Shown: in pieces, positions 11,493-21,785 of the stretch
Numbering within the stretch: the first letter of the stretch is position 1
Layout of the letters: every line of letters starts with the position of its first letter
Notes under the pieces: model-generated
What the model saw: the letters and a program-made list of their open reading frames with translations, nothing else
Told to the model about the DNA's origin: nothing
Databases searched by the model: none
From: an uncultured Pseudomonadales bacterium
GTDB lineage: Bacteria; Patescibacteriota; Microgenomatia; UBA1400; Chazhemtobacteraceae
Length of the DNA: 64,000 nucleotides
Direction: 5' to 3'
Assembly: GCA_964422035.1 (NCBI GenBank)
Contig: CAYQZQ010000001.1
Span: 121,013 to 185,012, forward strand
Translations under genes and position numbers: made by a program

Positions 11493-11503
11493 TTAATGAC
11501 TAT

Positions 11504-12142
11504 TCAAACGCTAATTAGGATATGGAGCTTGAAAAGAAGACGCTCGATAACTAAGCGTGAGTTAACATTATTATCTAGGTCTTTAAGGCTTTGGTCAACC
11601 AGTTGAATTGCTCGGCTTCTAGATTTATTGGGTTGTTTTTTTAGGTGAAAACGAAGGGTGTCTAAAGCTTGAATTAAAGACTGGTTGTTTTTTTGTTTTG
11701 ATAGTTTCTCAGCGAGGGATACGAGCTTGCCGGGAGGATTTTTAGCTATGGTCTTAAATAAATCTAATGAATCTGGGTGGGAGGAGTTAGACTTTTTATC
11801 ATTTATATATATTAGCTGACCTCGAGATAAGACGGTGGGAAGTAGTTGGTTGGCAATTGGTGTAGTGAGGATGATTAGGTGATCTTGGGGTGGTTCTTCA
11901 AGAGTTTTAAGAAGGGCTTGTTGGGCAGGAAGAGTTAGATTTTGGGCTTGTTTTATGATAACTGGTTGAGTTTTTCCTCCTGTGGTTAAGGAAATTTGCT
12001 GTTGTAGTTTTCTGATTTGTGAGATCTTAATGCTCTCTTTTTTGCCGTCTAGTATTATTGGTGGCGAACTATCTTTGGGTATTAAAGATTTAATCTGGGA
12101 TTTTATTTGAGTTTGAGGACCAATGAGAATTTTTGTTAGCAT
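11504..12142 (-). CDS. holB: DNA polymerase III delta' subunit (reduced)
   Basis: AQQALLKTLEEPP, LLPTVLSR. Confidence 0.8.
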   Translation of the reverse strand: MLTKILIGPQTQIKSQIKSLIPKDSSPPIILDGKKESIKISQIRKLQQQISLTTGGKTQPVIIKQAQNLTLPAQQALLKTLEEPPQDHLIILTTPIANQLLPTVLSRGQLIYINDKKSNSSHPDSLDLFKTIAKNPPGKLVSLAEKLSKQKNNQSLIQALDTLRFHLKKQPNKSRSRAIQLVDQSLKDLDNNVNSRLVIERLLFKLHILISV

Positions 12143-12177
12143 AACTTTAGTATATATAATTTGCTACACTGTAGTTA

Positions 12178-13959
12178 ATGCCTGCCAATCAACAAGCAAG
12201 TACCGGTAATGCTGGAGTGGCTGATATTCTATTTGATGAAGGTCAGTTAACTGAAGAACAAAGAGACAAAGTTAAGTTGGAAGCTGTCAATCAGGGGAAA
12301 AGCGAGGTTGAGTTAATTTTGGAGCATAATTATGCTGGCAAGCAGAATGTGGTAAAAGCTAAAGCGCAAAAAATGGGGGTAGGTTTTGTGGATGTGTCAT
12401 CAGTTGGTATTGCGCCTGAGGCGGTGGGAATGATACCTGAATCGGTGGCAAAAAGATATCAGGTTTTGCCATTTGCCATTGATAATCAGGCAGGAGTTTT
12501 GTCTTTGGCAATTGCTAACCCGAATGATTTGGAGACGATTGATTTTATTCAATCAAAGTCAAATATGAAGGTGAAGCCTTATATGGCTGTAAAAGAAGAT
12601 TTAAAGCAAGCTATTGATAGAAGGTATAGTGAAAGTCTTTCAGGTGAGGTCAGCGAAGCTTTGGAAGAAGGCGGAGTTGTTGATCGGGGTGTGAAAACAG
12701 TTGATTCGGAGAGTTTGGGTGATGTAATAAAAGAGGCGCCGATTGCTAAGATTGTTAGCACGATTTTAGAGTTTGCTATTAAGGCTAGAGCTTCAGATGT
12801 ACATATTGAGCCTCATGAAACTAAAACGAGAATTCGATATAGGATCGATGGTATTTTGAGAGAGAAGTTGGTCTTACCCAAGTCAGTACATGAAGCGGTG
12901 ATAAGTAGGATTAAGATTTTGTCTGATATGAAGATTGATGAAAAAAGAGTGCCTCAGGATGGACGTTTTAATTTTGTAATGGGAGAGCATGAGGTTGATT
13001 TGAGGGTGAGTTCGATGCCAACTGTAAATGGTGAGAAAATTGTAATGAGGTTGTTGGAAAAGTCAGGAAGAGCGATGAGTTTGCCTGAGTTGGGGTTAAG
13101 AGGTAAGGCATTGAAAGACTTGAGAAACGCTATTCAGTATCCTCATGGTGTTGTGCTGGTAACTGGTCCTACGGGATCTGGTAAAACGACTACTTTGTAT
13201 TCGGCTTTGTCTATTTTGAATACTTCTAGGGTTAATATTATGACTTTGGAGGACCCGGTTGAGTATCAGATTTCAGGAGTGAACCAGGTACAGGTAAATC
13301 CCCAAGCCGGACTAACTTTTGCTTCCGGGCTGCGTAGCTTTTTGCGTCAAGACCCTAACATCATAATGGTCGGTGAGATTCGAGACGAAGAAACGGCCGG
13401 TTTGGCTATTCAAGCAGCTTTGACTGGTCACTTGGTTTTATCTACTTTGCATACTAATAGTGCTGCTGGTGCGTTGCCGCGTTTGTTGGATATGAAGGCT
13501 GAGCCATATCTTTTGGCTTCTTCTATATTGGCTGTAGTGGCTCAAAGAGTGGTAAGAAAAGTCTGTCCGGTTTGTAAAACTTCGTATGTACCTGATCAAG
13601 AGATAATTAGTGATATGAAAGAGATTCTAGGTCCTTTGTATGAAGCTTGGAGAAAAACACACTCTGAGGAAGTACAAAAAGCGCAAGAACAAAATGGGGA
13701 TATTTTATTGTATAAAGGGGGAACGCAAGACTGCGTTGAGTGTGGTGGGACGGGATATAAAGGAAGGGTGGGTATTTTTGAGGTAATGTTGATATCAGAT
13801 CAGATAAGTAAAATGTTGCTGGAGAGATCTTCATCAGGCGATATACAAAAACAAGCTGTGAAAGAAGGCATGGTGTTGATGGACCAAGATGGTTATCTGA
13901 AGGCTTTAGATGGTATGACGACTTTAGAAGAGGTGTTAAGAGTTGCTAAACAACAGTAA
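12178..13959 (+). CDS. pilB: Type IV pilus assembly ATPase PilB/GspE
   Basis: ASDVHIEP, PQDGR, GPTGSGKTTT, LRQDPNIIMVGEIRD, CPVC...CVEC zinc motif. Confidence 0.95.
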   Translation: MPANQQASTGNAGVADILFDEGQLTEEQRDKVKLEAVNQGKSEVELILEHNYAGKQNVVKAKAQKMGVGFVDVSSVGIAPEAVGMIPESVAKRYQVLPFAIDNQAGVLSLAIANPNDLETIDFIQSKSNMKVKPYMAVKEDLKQAIDRRYSESLSGEVSEALEEGGVVDRGVKTVDSESLGDVIKEAPIAKIVSTILEFAIKARASDVHIEPHETKTRIRYRIDGILREKLVLPKSVHEAVISRIKILSDMKIDEKRVPQDGRFNFVMGEHEVDLRVSSMPTVNGEKIVMRLLEKSGRAMSLPELGLRGKALKDLRNAIQYPHGVVLVTGPTGSGKTTTLYSALSILNTSRVNIMTLEDPVEYQISGVNQVQVNPQAGLTFASGLRSFLRQDPNIIMVGEIRDEETAGLAIQAALTGHLVLSTLHTNSAAGALPRLLDMKAEPYLLASSILAVVAQRVVRKVCPVCKTSYVPDQEIISDMKEILGPLYEAWRKTHSEEVQKAQEQNGDILLYKGGTQDCVECGGTGYKGRVGIFEVMLISDQISKMLLERSSSGDIQKQAVKEGMVLMDQDGYLKALDGMTTLEEVLRVAKQQ

Positions 13960-13977
13960 TTAACTATATTTAAGATA

Positions 13978-15027
13978 ATGACTATACAAGAATTAATGCA
14001 GACTGCTTTTGAAAAGGGTGCTTCGGATCTGCATATTATTGCTGGTTCTCCGCCTACTTTAAGGATTGATGGGAAATTAGCTCCATTGACTGATCAGGAG
14101 TTGACGGGAGATCAGACTCAAGAGTTGATTTTGCAGCTTATAAATGAACAGCAAAAAAACAAGTTGTGGGAGTCAAGAGAGCTTGATTTTTCAACTGAGC
14201 TTGAAGGTGTGGGAAGATTTAGGGCTAATGCCTATTGGCAAAAGAAAAGCTTAGGAATAGCTTTGCGCACGATAAGTGACAAAATTCCTACTATTGACGA
14301 GTTGAGACTGCCTAAGATTTGCTATCAGTTGTCACAATTAAGGCAAGGGTTTGTTTTGGTAACTGGTCCTACAGGTCATGGTAAAAGTTCTACATTGGCT
14401 GCAATTATTGGAGAGATAAATCGCAATCGTTTTGAGCATATTGTTACTATTGAAGACCCAATTGAGTTTGTATATGAAGCTGATAAGTCAATTATTTCTC
14501 AAAGAGAGATGAGTGAAGATACCTTAAGTTGGCCAGGTGCCCTGAAAAGTACCTTGCGTGAAGATCCTGATGTTGTACTGGTGGGAGAGATGCGAGACCC
14601 TGAGACGATGCAGGCGGCATTGACGGTAGCTGAGACCGGCCACTTGGTTTTTGCCACTTTACATACTAATAGTGCAGCTCAGACGGTTGACCGTATTGTT
14701 GATAGTTTCCCTGAAGAGCAGCAAGGGCAAGTTAAGATTCAGTTGGCTGCAACCCTTGAAGCAGTTGTCTCACAGAGGTTGATTCCGGCTATTGAAGGTG
14801 GTCGAGTACCTGCTGCTGAGATTTTAGTTGGTACTCCAGCGGTAAGAAATAATATCAGAGAAGGTAAAACGCATCAGTTAGATAGTGTGATTCAAACTTC
14901 TGCTGAGATGGGTATGGCCAGCCTTGAGGCATCACTAGCTTATTGGGTAAAGCAAAATGTAGTTAGTCTGGAGACAGCCAGAGGATTTGCTGTAAGACCT
15001 GGAGATTTAGATAGATTAGTAAGGTAA
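13978..15027 (+). CDS. pilT: Type IV pilus retraction ATPase
   Basis: ASDLHI, GPTGHGKSST, LREDPD, AETGHLV, AVRNNIRE (AIRNLIRE motif). Confidence 0.95.
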   Translation: MTIQELMQTAFEKGASDLHIIAGSPPTLRIDGKLAPLTDQELTGDQTQELILQLINEQQKNKLWESRELDFSTELEGVGRFRANAYWQKKSLGIALRTISDKIPTIDELRLPKICYQLSQLRQGFVLVTGPTGHGKSSTLAAIIGEINRNRFEHIVTIEDPIEFVYEADKSIISQREMSEDTLSWPGALKSTLREDPDVVLVGEMRDPETMQAALTVAETGHLVFATLHTNSAAQTVDRIVDSFPEEQQGQVKIQLAATLEAVVSQRLIPAIEGGRVPAAEILVGTPAVRNNIREGKTHQLDSVIQTSAEMGMASLEASLAYWVKQNVVSLETARGFAVRPGDLDRLVR

Positions 15028-15028
15028 T

Positions 15029-16249
15029 ATGGCAACACAACAAAAAAAACAGTATGAGTATAAAGCTAGAAAAGAAGATGGGGCGGTGGCAACAGGAAGT
15101 GTTGAGGCTGTTAGTGAAGAGCAAGCGGTGAGGATGATTAGAGCTCGTGGGTGGCTTTTAGTTTCAATTAAAGAAAAGAAGGAGGGTGATCTTTCTCAGT
15201 TATTGCAAAAGTTTGAGAAAGTTAAAAGTGATGATGTGGTGGGTTTTACTCGCCAGTTGTCAACTATGGTTGGTGCAGGCTTGCCTTTAACTGAAGCCTT
15301 AAGCATTTTGGAGGTGCAGAGCAGTCAGGCGATGAGTAGATTGGTGTCTGAGATAAGGCAGGAGGTTGAGGCAGGAAATTCCTTGTCAGATGCTCTTGAA
15401 GAAGCTGGCAGCGATGTTTTTTCCAAGGTGTATATAGCTCTTGTAAGGGCAGGTGAATCAGCTGGTGTTTTAGATGAAATATTGATGAGGTTGGCTAATA
15501 ATATGGAGAAACAGAGAGAGTTTAAACAAAATATTAAAGGAGCAATGATCTATCCGATTATTGTTTTGGTTGGTATGGTTGTTGTTGGTATTATAATGAT
15601 GATTTTTGTGGTTCCTAAAATGACAGCTATGTACAAGGATTTTGGAGCTACACTCCCCTTACCTACTCAGATCTTGATTGGACTGAGTGATTTTCTAGTA
15701 AATTTTTGGTACATACTTTTTATATTGGTTGGAGGGGTTGCTTATTTTGTGTATAAGTGGTCAAAGACAGAAGTGGGGGCTTTATTAATTGAGAAAGCAA
15801 TTTTTGATATTCCAATAATTGGTCCTTTACGTAAAAAGGTCATTTTGGCAGAGTTTGCTAGAACAATGAGTTTATTAATCGGGGCTGGAATTTCTATTTT
15901 GGAGGCATTGCGTATTGTTTCTGATGCTGTTGGTAGCAAGATTATTAAAATGAGACTTGAAGAGGCTGCTAGTGAAGTAGAAAAAGGAAGGCCTTTGGGA
16001 ATTGTGTTGGCGAAATTTGAGGAGTTTCCACCGATTTTTCCTCAAATGTTGTCTGTGGGAGAACAAACTGGTCAGGTGTCGGAGATTCTAACTAGGATTG
16101 CTGATTATTTTGAGCAGGAGAGTGAGGTGGGAGTGAATGCGCTAGCGACTGCAATTGAGCCTATTATTATTGTAATCATGGGAATTGGTGTCTTGTTTTT
16201 AGTAATGGCTGTTATCATGCCTATCTATAACTTGACCAGTCAGTTTTAA
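15029..16249 (+). CDS. pilC: Type IV pilus platform protein PilC/GspF
   Basis: FTRQLSTMVGAGLP, AGESAG, AMIYP, VGEQTG, IEP. Confidence 0.94.
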   Translation: MATQQKKQYEYKARKEDGAVATGSVEAVSEEQAVRMIRARGWLLVSIKEKKEGDLSQLLQKFEKVKSDDVVGFTRQLSTMVGAGLPLTEALSILEVQSSQAMSRLVSEIRQEVEAGNSLSDALEEAGSDVFSKVYIALVRAGESAGVLDEILMRLANNMEKQREFKQNIKGAMIYPIIVLVGMVVVGIIMMIFVVPKMTAMYKDFGATLPLPTQILIGLSDFLVNFWYILFILVGGVAYFVYKWSKTEVGALLIEKAIFDIPIIGPLRKKVILAEFARTMSLLIGAGISILEALRIVSDAVGSKIIKMRLEEAASEVEKGRPLGIVLAKFEEFPPIFPQMLSVGEQTGQVSEILTRIADYFEQESEVGVNALATAIEPIIIVIMGIGVLFLVMAVIMPIYNLTSQF

Positions 16250-16253
16250 GGAC

Positions 16254-16282
16254 TTGACAAGGGCACTTAGGTGCATCATAGT
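16254..16282 (+). promoter_or_regulatory. Sigma70-type promoter of the putative major pilin
   Basis: TTGACA-17 nt-CATAGT; a TATAAT also lies just downstream. Confidence 0.5.
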
Positions 16283-16318
16283 TAAGATATAATAAATATT
16301 TAGTTGTACCTGCCTCAA

Positions 16319-16870
16319 ATGAAAAATAAAAAAGGTTTTACGTTAATTGAGCTTTTAATTGTTATTGGAATTTTAGGAATTTTAGCAACAGGACTTTTAG
16401 CTGCTGTTGATCCATTTGAACAACTTAAGAAGGCTAGAGATACAAATACCAGGAATGCAGCAGTTGAGATGCATAATGGTTTTATTAGGTATTACGCAAC
16501 ACACGGTGCTTTGCCTTGGGATGACAGCGGTGCAGGTACTGATTGTACTGACAATTTGGCTGATATTAGAAGTACGTCCACTGAGACTTCTGTGTCTGAT
16601 ATTTCAGACTGTGTGCAGGAGTTGATAGACGATGGTGAACTCAAAGAAGATTTTATTGGAGCCTTAGGAGACGATGCGGATGATATTATTATTACCTCAA
16701 CAAGTGGTGTTGCTGTCTCTGTTTGTTTTTCACCTGAGAGTAAGGCAATCTTTAGTGATGTAGCTACAAAATATAATGTATATGGAGAAGATGTAAGTGC
16801 AACAACGTGTGAGAGTACTGCTAAGGATTCATTAACTCCAGGAACAACTTGCTATTGGTGTGCTAAGTAA
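16319..16870 (+). CDS. Type IV pilin, probable major pilin
   Basis: KKG/FTLIELLIVIGILGILA; own promoter and terminator; ATG 16319 preferred over TTG 16304. Confidence 0.85.
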   Translation: MKNKKGFTLIELLIVIGILGILATGLLAAVDPFEQLKKARDTNTRNAAVEMHNGFIRYYATHGALPWDDSGAGTDCTDNLADIRSTSTETSVSDISDCVQELIDDGELKEDFIGALGDDADDIIITSTSGVAVSVCFSPESKAIFSDVATKYNVYGEDVSATTCESTAKDSLTPGTTCYWCAK

Positions 16871-16892
16871 AGAGATTTAAATTAAAAAGAAG

Positions 16893-16923
16893 AAACAGTC
16901 AGTATTTAACTGGCTGTTTTTTT
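16893..16923 (+). terminator. Intrinsic terminator after pilin
   Basis: AAACAGTCAGT-ATTTA-ACTGGCTGTTT followed by T run. Confidence 0.75.
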
Positions 16924-16946
16924 ATGATTGATGATAAGATGGCTTT

Positions 16947-17747
16947 ATGATGATAGGATTATGGTTGTTTATCATTGGAGTAGTAATAGGAAGTTTTTTA
17001 AACGTTGTAGTTTATAGAACTGTGTATGACAAGTCGCCTCTTGAGGGAAGATCAAAGTGTCCTGAGTGTGAAGAAAAAATATCATGGAAGCACAACATTC
17101 CCCTACTCTCTTATGTATTGCTTAAAGGCAGATGTGCTCACTGTAACTCAAAGATTTCTTTACAGTATCCGGTGGTTGAGTTATTGTCTGGTCTGCTATT
17201 TGTATGGTGGTATGTAGTTGGGTGGAGCTTTTTTCAGTTAGTCGAGACTCCTCTAATTTGGATACAGCCGATTTTTTGGCTAGGTGTAGGGATAGCTTTG
17301 CTTTTGGTGACTGTGTTTGATTTTAAGTATGGGATTATTCCAAACGGCTTAAATGTTGCTTTGTTTGTATGGGTTATGGTGTATCGGTTAGGGTTGGTTG
17401 GTATGGGAAGAATGCAGACAAGAGATTTTCTACTGGCTTTGTTATCCAGCGGTGTATTAGCAGCTTTTTTCTACTTTTTGTATAGGATTACTAAAAGACA
17501 GGGTTTTGGGTTTGGTGATGTTAAGCTGGCTCCTAGTTTGGGATTGATCTTGGGATGGCCCAAGATACTAGTGGGTGTGATGGCGTCTTTTGTAATAGGT
17601 GGAGTTGTGGCTGTTGTTTTAATGATTTTAGGCAAAAAGAAGATGAAGGAGACAATCGTGTTTGGTCCCTTTCTAACTTTGGGAACCTTGATTTCTTTAT
17701 GGTGGGGTGATTATATTTGGAGTTGGTACATGACTATGCTTAAATGA
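16947..17747 (+). CDS. pilD: Prepilin peptidase/N-methyltransferase
   Basis: GSFLNVV, RSKCPEC, GRCAHC, GFGDVKL, FGPFL. Confidence 0.95.
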   Translation: MMIGLWLFIIGVVIGSFLNVVVYRTVYDKSPLEGRSKCPECEEKISWKHNIPLLSYVLLKGRCAHCNSKISLQYPVVELLSGLLFVWWYVVGWSFFQLVETPLIWIQPIFWLGVGIALLLVTVFDFKYGIIPNGLNVALFVWVMVYRLGLVGMGRMQTRDFLLALLSSGVLAAFFYFLYRITKRQGFGFGDVKLAPSLGLILGWPKILVGVMASFVIGGVVAVVLMILGKKKMKETIVFGPFLTLGTLISLWWGDYIWSWYMTMLK

Positions 17748-18280
17748 TAATAAGAATGAGGGACAAACAAGTTAGAGGTTTTACATTAATGGAGATACTT
17801 ATTGCAATGGCAATTATAGGTATTTTGGCTAGTGTGGGATTTGGTTCATACATTAGAAGCTTAAAAAAAGGTCGAGATGCACAACGAAAATCTGATCTGA
17901 ATCAGGTTCAAAGTGCACTGGAGGCTTATATGAGCGATTTTCAGGTGTATCCGGGTTGTAATTCGGAAGGTAAGATTGTTGGTTGTAGTGATGGAGATGC
18001 TGATTGTGATTGGGGTGATTCATTTGTTAGAAATGTGGGAGATACCACGAAAACATATATGAGTAGGTTGCCTGAGGATCCTGTGTCTGGAGCAGATTAT
18101 GTTTATGTTTCGGATGGAGATAAGTATCAATTGTTTTCTGTTTTGGAAAATGATCAGGATCCTGATTATGTGGATAGCTATACGACTGTATGTGGCGAAG
18201 AGGCTTGTAAGTATGGAGTGCCTAGTCCAAACAATAACATGAGTGCTGAAATGACAATTGCAGACGATTGTTCGTTGTAA
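17744..18280 (+). CDS. GspG-like type IV pilin
   Basis: G/FTLMEILIAMAIIG; RDAQRKSDL; start may be 17756. Confidence 0.88.
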   Translation: MIIRMRDKQVRGFTLMEILIAMAIIGILASVGFGSYIRSLKKGRDAQRKSDLNQVQSALEAYMSDFQVYPGCNSEGKIVGCSDGDADCDWGDSFVRNVGDTTKTYMSRLPEDPVSGADYVYVSDGDKYQLFSVLENDQDPDYVDSYTTVCGEEACKYGVPSPNNNMSAEMTIADDCSL

Positions 18281-18309
18281 TTATCAAATTGATGGGATAG
18301 TATTAAATT

Positions 18310-18753
18310 ATGATTAGTCAGGAAAAGAAGGGGTTTACATTAATTGAGCTTTTAGTGGTAGTGGCGATAATTGGAACATTGACGGGTTTGGCTACTGTTA
18401 ATTTTCAGGATGCAAGAGAGCGAGCAAGAGACGCTCAGAGAAAAGGAGACGTGAAGCAGATTCAGAAGGCTATGGAGCTTTATAAGAATGATCAGTCAGC
18501 TCAACACTACCCGGATGATAATGATCCTGTCGAGACTTGGAGAGAAAAGTTGGAATCAGGAGGATATATGAATAATGTACCCAATGACCCCAAGGCTAGG
18601 GCAGCAGAAAGTAGTTGGCCTGATTACGAATATGATCGCAGTAGTGTTTTGGAGTACACCTTGGTGGCTTGTTTGGAGAATCCTGCAGATCTAGATATAG
18701 ATGAGACAAATACTTGCGATAGTGGCTATAGTTATACATTAACCCAACCTTAA
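18310..18753 (+). CDS. GspG-like type IV pilin
   Basis: G/FTLIELLVVVAIIG; RDAQRKGDV. Confidence 0.9.
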   Translation: MISQEKKGFTLIELLVVVAIIGTLTGLATVNFQDARERARDAQRKGDVKQIQKAMELYKNDQSAQHYPDDNDPVETWREKLESGGYMNNVPNDPKARAAESSWPDYEYDRSSVLEYTLVACLENPADLDIDETNTCDSGYSYTLTQP

Positions 18754-18755
18754 AA

Positions 18756-19181
18756 ATGGAAAACAAACAAAGAGGATTTACATTACTTGAGCTTTTAGTA
18801 GTTATTGGAATTATTGGAATATTAGTAGGTATCGGGACTATTTCGTACCAGTCTGCACAAGAAAAAAGTCGTGACTCTAGACGGCGTGGAGATTTAAAGG
18901 CGATTTCAAATGCTTTAGAGCAGTACTATGCTGAAAATACTGGCAGTTATCCTCAAGATATAGCTTGCACCGGATATGTTGATTATTTATCTGGTCCCGA
19001 ACCTACTGATCCAGTGACTGGTGATACTTATCTTGATGATGGCGACTGCGTTGTTGATGGAAGCAGTTATTGTGTGTGCGTAGAACTTGAAGGAACTGGG
19101 ACTGGGAATGCTTATGATGCAAGTTGTACCTGGACGGGCTCGGGAGACAAAGATTATTTTTGTGTTGAAAACCTACAATGA
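18756..19181 (+). CDS. GspG-like type IV pilin
   Basis: G/FTLLELLVVIGIIG; RDSRRRGDL. Confidence 0.9.
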   Translation: MENKQRGFTLLELLVVIGIIGILVGIGTISYQSAQEKSRDSRRRGDLKAISNALEQYYAENTGSYPQDIACTGYVDYLSGPEPTDPVTGDTYLDDGDCVVDGSSYCVCVELEGTGTGNAYDASCTWTGSGDKDYFCVENLQ

Positions 19182-19579
19182 TAAATAATCGTAAAGGTTT
19201 TACGTTCATCGAGCTTTTGGTGGTGGTAACTATAATTGGGGTGTTGGCGGCTGTGGGTATGGTTAGTTATACGAGTACGAACAAAAGTGCTCGAGACTCA
19301 AAGAGGCTGGCTGATCTGGAACAAATAAGGACAGCATTGGAGATTTGTAGATCTGAGGCCGGTAGTTATCCAGCTGATATTTCAAGCGGAGTAGTTTGTG
19401 GTGGTGACTCTTATTTGTCTCCCCTACCCAGTGATCCCTGGGATAGTAAGACAGAGTATGGTTATAGTTATACTCAAAATTCTGAAACAAGTTATGATAT
19501 TTGTGCAACTTTGGAAAATGATGATAAATGCACAGGAACAATAAATGGAGATGGAGAATGTTGCCTAAGCAATCCTTAA
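19178..19579 (+). CDS. GspG-like type IV pilin
   Basis: G/FTFIELLVVVTIIG; RDSKRLADL. Confidence 0.9.
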   Translation: MINNRKGFTFIELLVVVTIIGVLAAVGMVSYTSTNKSARDSKRLADLEQIRTALEICRSEAGSYPADISSGVVCGGDSYLSPLPSDPWDSKTEYGYSYTQNSETSYDICATLENDDKCTGTINGDGECCLSNP

Positions 19580-20037
19580 AGACCAAGGCTTTTACTTTAA
19601 TTGAAATAATGGTGGTTATATCGATAATTGCTCTGTTGAGCGCAGGATCTTTGGTGGCATTTAATAACTTAAGAGAGAAAAGGTTGGTTAGAGGTGATGC
19701 AGATTTGGTAATACAGGAGTTGAAGAAGGCAAGAACAAAGGCAAGATCGGGTGAAAAACCTGAAGCTTGTCTTTCAGATTTAGAAGGATACGAAGTAGAA
19801 GTGTCTGGACCCTCTGTGATTTTAAGAGTAAGTTGCGGAAATACGATAGAGCATAATACAGTACAGATGCAAAACAGTTCAATTGTAGGCACTGAAGAGG
19901 TTGAGTTCGATGCGTTGGGAGGAGCCACTCCAGCAACTATTTATGTATGTGGAAGCAATAGTCTATATGGATATGCAATTGAGGTGACGGGCTCAGGCTT
20001 GATTGAGTCACCTGTAGAATACAGTGGTTGTAGTTAA
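19558..20037 (+). CDS. FimT/GspH-like minor pilin
   Basis: A/FTLIEIMVVISII; VEFDALG near C-terminus; second Met (19558) preferred as start. Confidence 0.8.
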   Translation: MLPKQSLKTKAFTLIEIMVVISIIALLSAGSLVAFNNLREKRLVRGDADLVIQELKKARTKARSGEKPEACLSDLEGYEVEVSGPSVILRVSCGNTIEHNTVQMQNSSIVGTEEVEFDALGGATPATIYVCGSNSLYGYAIEVTGSGLIESPVEYSGCS

Positions 20038-20052
20038 AACTTTTAAGATATT

Positions 20053-20463
20053 ATGAAGTTATTTAAAGACATTAACGGCCAGACTTTGATAGAAGTGATA
20101 GTAGCTGTGGCGGTGATAAGTTTGGTTTTAACAGGGATTGTCATAGCGGTAACTAGTGGATTGAAGACTTCAAGAATATCTAGAGAAAGATTTGAGGCAA
20201 GGAGGATTGTTGATTCTGAGTTGGAAGACATACGAAGTGAAAGAAATAACGATCCTGGTAGTTTTTTTGTAAGTGAAAATGCTGGAGATACCATTGAGGT
20301 AGGTCCTGATGTGGTAGAAGGCAACTCGACTAGTTATGAGAAAACAGTGACTTATGATTATGCTGCTGATGGCAGAGAGGTTGAAGTGACGGTTGCAGTG
20401 GAATGGGGGGGTGAAGAATCATATTCTGTAAGCCAGACAACGATATTAACTCTTTGGCAGTAG
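20053..20463 (+). CDS. PilV/GspI-like minor pilin
   Basis: G/QTLIEVIVAVAVI; VTVAVEW. Confidence 0.8.
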   Translation: MKLFKDINGQTLIEVIVAVAVISLVLTGIVIAVTSGLKTSRISRERFEARRIVDSELEDIRSERNNDPGSFFVSENAGDTIEVGPDVVEGNSTSYEKTVTYDYAADGREVEVTVAVEWGGEESYSVSQTTILTLWQ

Positions 20464-20487
20464 GTTAATTATTGATATGATGAGTTT

Positions 20488-20961
20488 ATGAAGGGGTTTA
20501 CATTAATGGAATTGGTAGTGGTGGTTGCAGTTATGGCGGTGGCTTTAGCAGCGACAGCTGGTTTATTTACTCAATCTTTTAGGAGTGGTAGTAAGACTGA
20601 GAAAATAGTTTTGGTAGAAGAGAACATGAGACAATCAATGGATATTATGGAGAGAATGATTAGAAATGCTTCTAAAATAGAAAGTGTTGGTGGAGGTGTG
20701 TGCCCAGGGTCAGGGCAGAGCTTGACGATATTAAATACTGATAATGATACGACTATTTTTTCTTTAAGTGATGGGCAGATTGCTTCTAACGGGGCTGCCT
20801 TAAGTGGAGATAAGGTTGTGGTAGAGAGTTTGCAGTTTCAGTGTATTAGGAATAGCGGGGCGCCTGATAAAGTTGAGATTAATACGCAGGCGAGAGCAGA
20901 TGTGGATGAGGAGGGTGATATAGTAGAATATACTAGAAATGTTGATTTAAGAAACTATTAA
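20488..20961 (+). CDS. PilW/GspJ-like minor pilin
   Basis: G/FTLMELVVVVAV; IRNA; C-terminal LRNY. Confidence 0.8.
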   Translation: MKGFTLMELVVVVAVMAVALAATAGLFTQSFRSGSKTEKIVLVEENMRQSMDIMERMIRNASKIESVGGGVCPGSGQSLTILNTDNDTTIFSLSDGQIASNGAALSGDKVVVESLQFQCIRNSGAPDKVEINTQARADVDEEGDIVEYTRNVDLRNY

Positions 20962-20970
20962 AGATTAAAT

Positions 20971-21762
20971 GTGTATATGGGTATAAAAAGAGATGAGTCA
21001 GGGCAGGTAGCAGTCATTGTGGCTTTGAGTATGGCAGTTATGGCCACTATTACTCTATCTGTGGTGAGCAGATCAGTAGTAGATTTAAGGTTAACTGATA
21101 TTGAGGAGGAGTCCGCGTCAGCATTGAAAGCAGCTGAGGCTGGTCTTGAAAAAGCTCTGAAAGGTCTTGAGTCTGATGATTTTAGTAGTAGCGATTTTCC
21201 AGGTGCGTCTTATCAGGTTGATGTAGAAGACAAAGGTGAGACAGGTTTTGTTACCGCGTCGGCGATAAGTAGAGGCGAGGTTGTTGAGGTTGAGATGGGA
21301 GGGGCTAATCCGCCATCTAGTATAAGAGTTTATTGGGGAGATAGTAATGATGACAACCAGTCCCCTACTGGCGCAGTTGAGATTTTAAAATACAGCAAGG
21401 TTTCTGATAGTGATTATAGAGTTGAGAGATTTGTTTATGATCCAGATGCTACTAGGAGGTCGTCTAATAATTTTTCTGCTCCACTTTCAATCAATCCGGG
21501 AGGTTTTCAGAGTGTTGATTTTACTGCTAGGTCAGAGATTCTTACAGATGCTGATGATGTTTTGATTAGGATAAGAACTTTTTATAATCTGGCAACTTTG
21601 GGGGTTGAGCCTTTGGGAGGGGTGCTACCTCAGCAGATATATGAAGCGGTGGCAACAGGTGAGGCGGCAGATGATGTGCAAAGGAAAGTCAGGGCGGTAA
21701 GAGGTAGTCCTCAATTGCCGGCAGCTTTTGATGCGGCTTTATATTCAGGAGGTAGTTTGTAG
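20971..21762 (+). CDS. PilX/GspK-like minor pilin
   Basis: SG/QVAVIVAL lacking Glu5; AAEAGLE motif; start may be ATG 20977. Confidence 0.78.
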   Translation: MYMGIKRDESGQVAVIVALSMAVMATITLSVVSRSVVDLRLTDIEEESASALKAAEAGLEKALKGLESDDFSSSDFPGASYQVDVEDKGETGFVTASAISRGEVVEVEMGGANPPSSIRVYWGDSNDDNQSPTGAVEILKYSKVSDSDYRVERFVYDPDATRRSSNNFSAPLSINPGGFQSVDFTARSEILTDADDVLIRIRTFYNLATLGVEPLGGVLPQQIYEAVATGEAADDVQRKVRAVRGSPQLPAAFDAALYSGGSL

Positions 21763-21785
21763 TTGTTTAATGTTATGATAATGTT

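Noticed and set aside
17744-19579. DGR or pilin cassette-switching system
   Set aside because: No reverse transcriptase, near-identical TR/VR pair or silent truncated copies seen; similarity is limited to the N-terminal helix.
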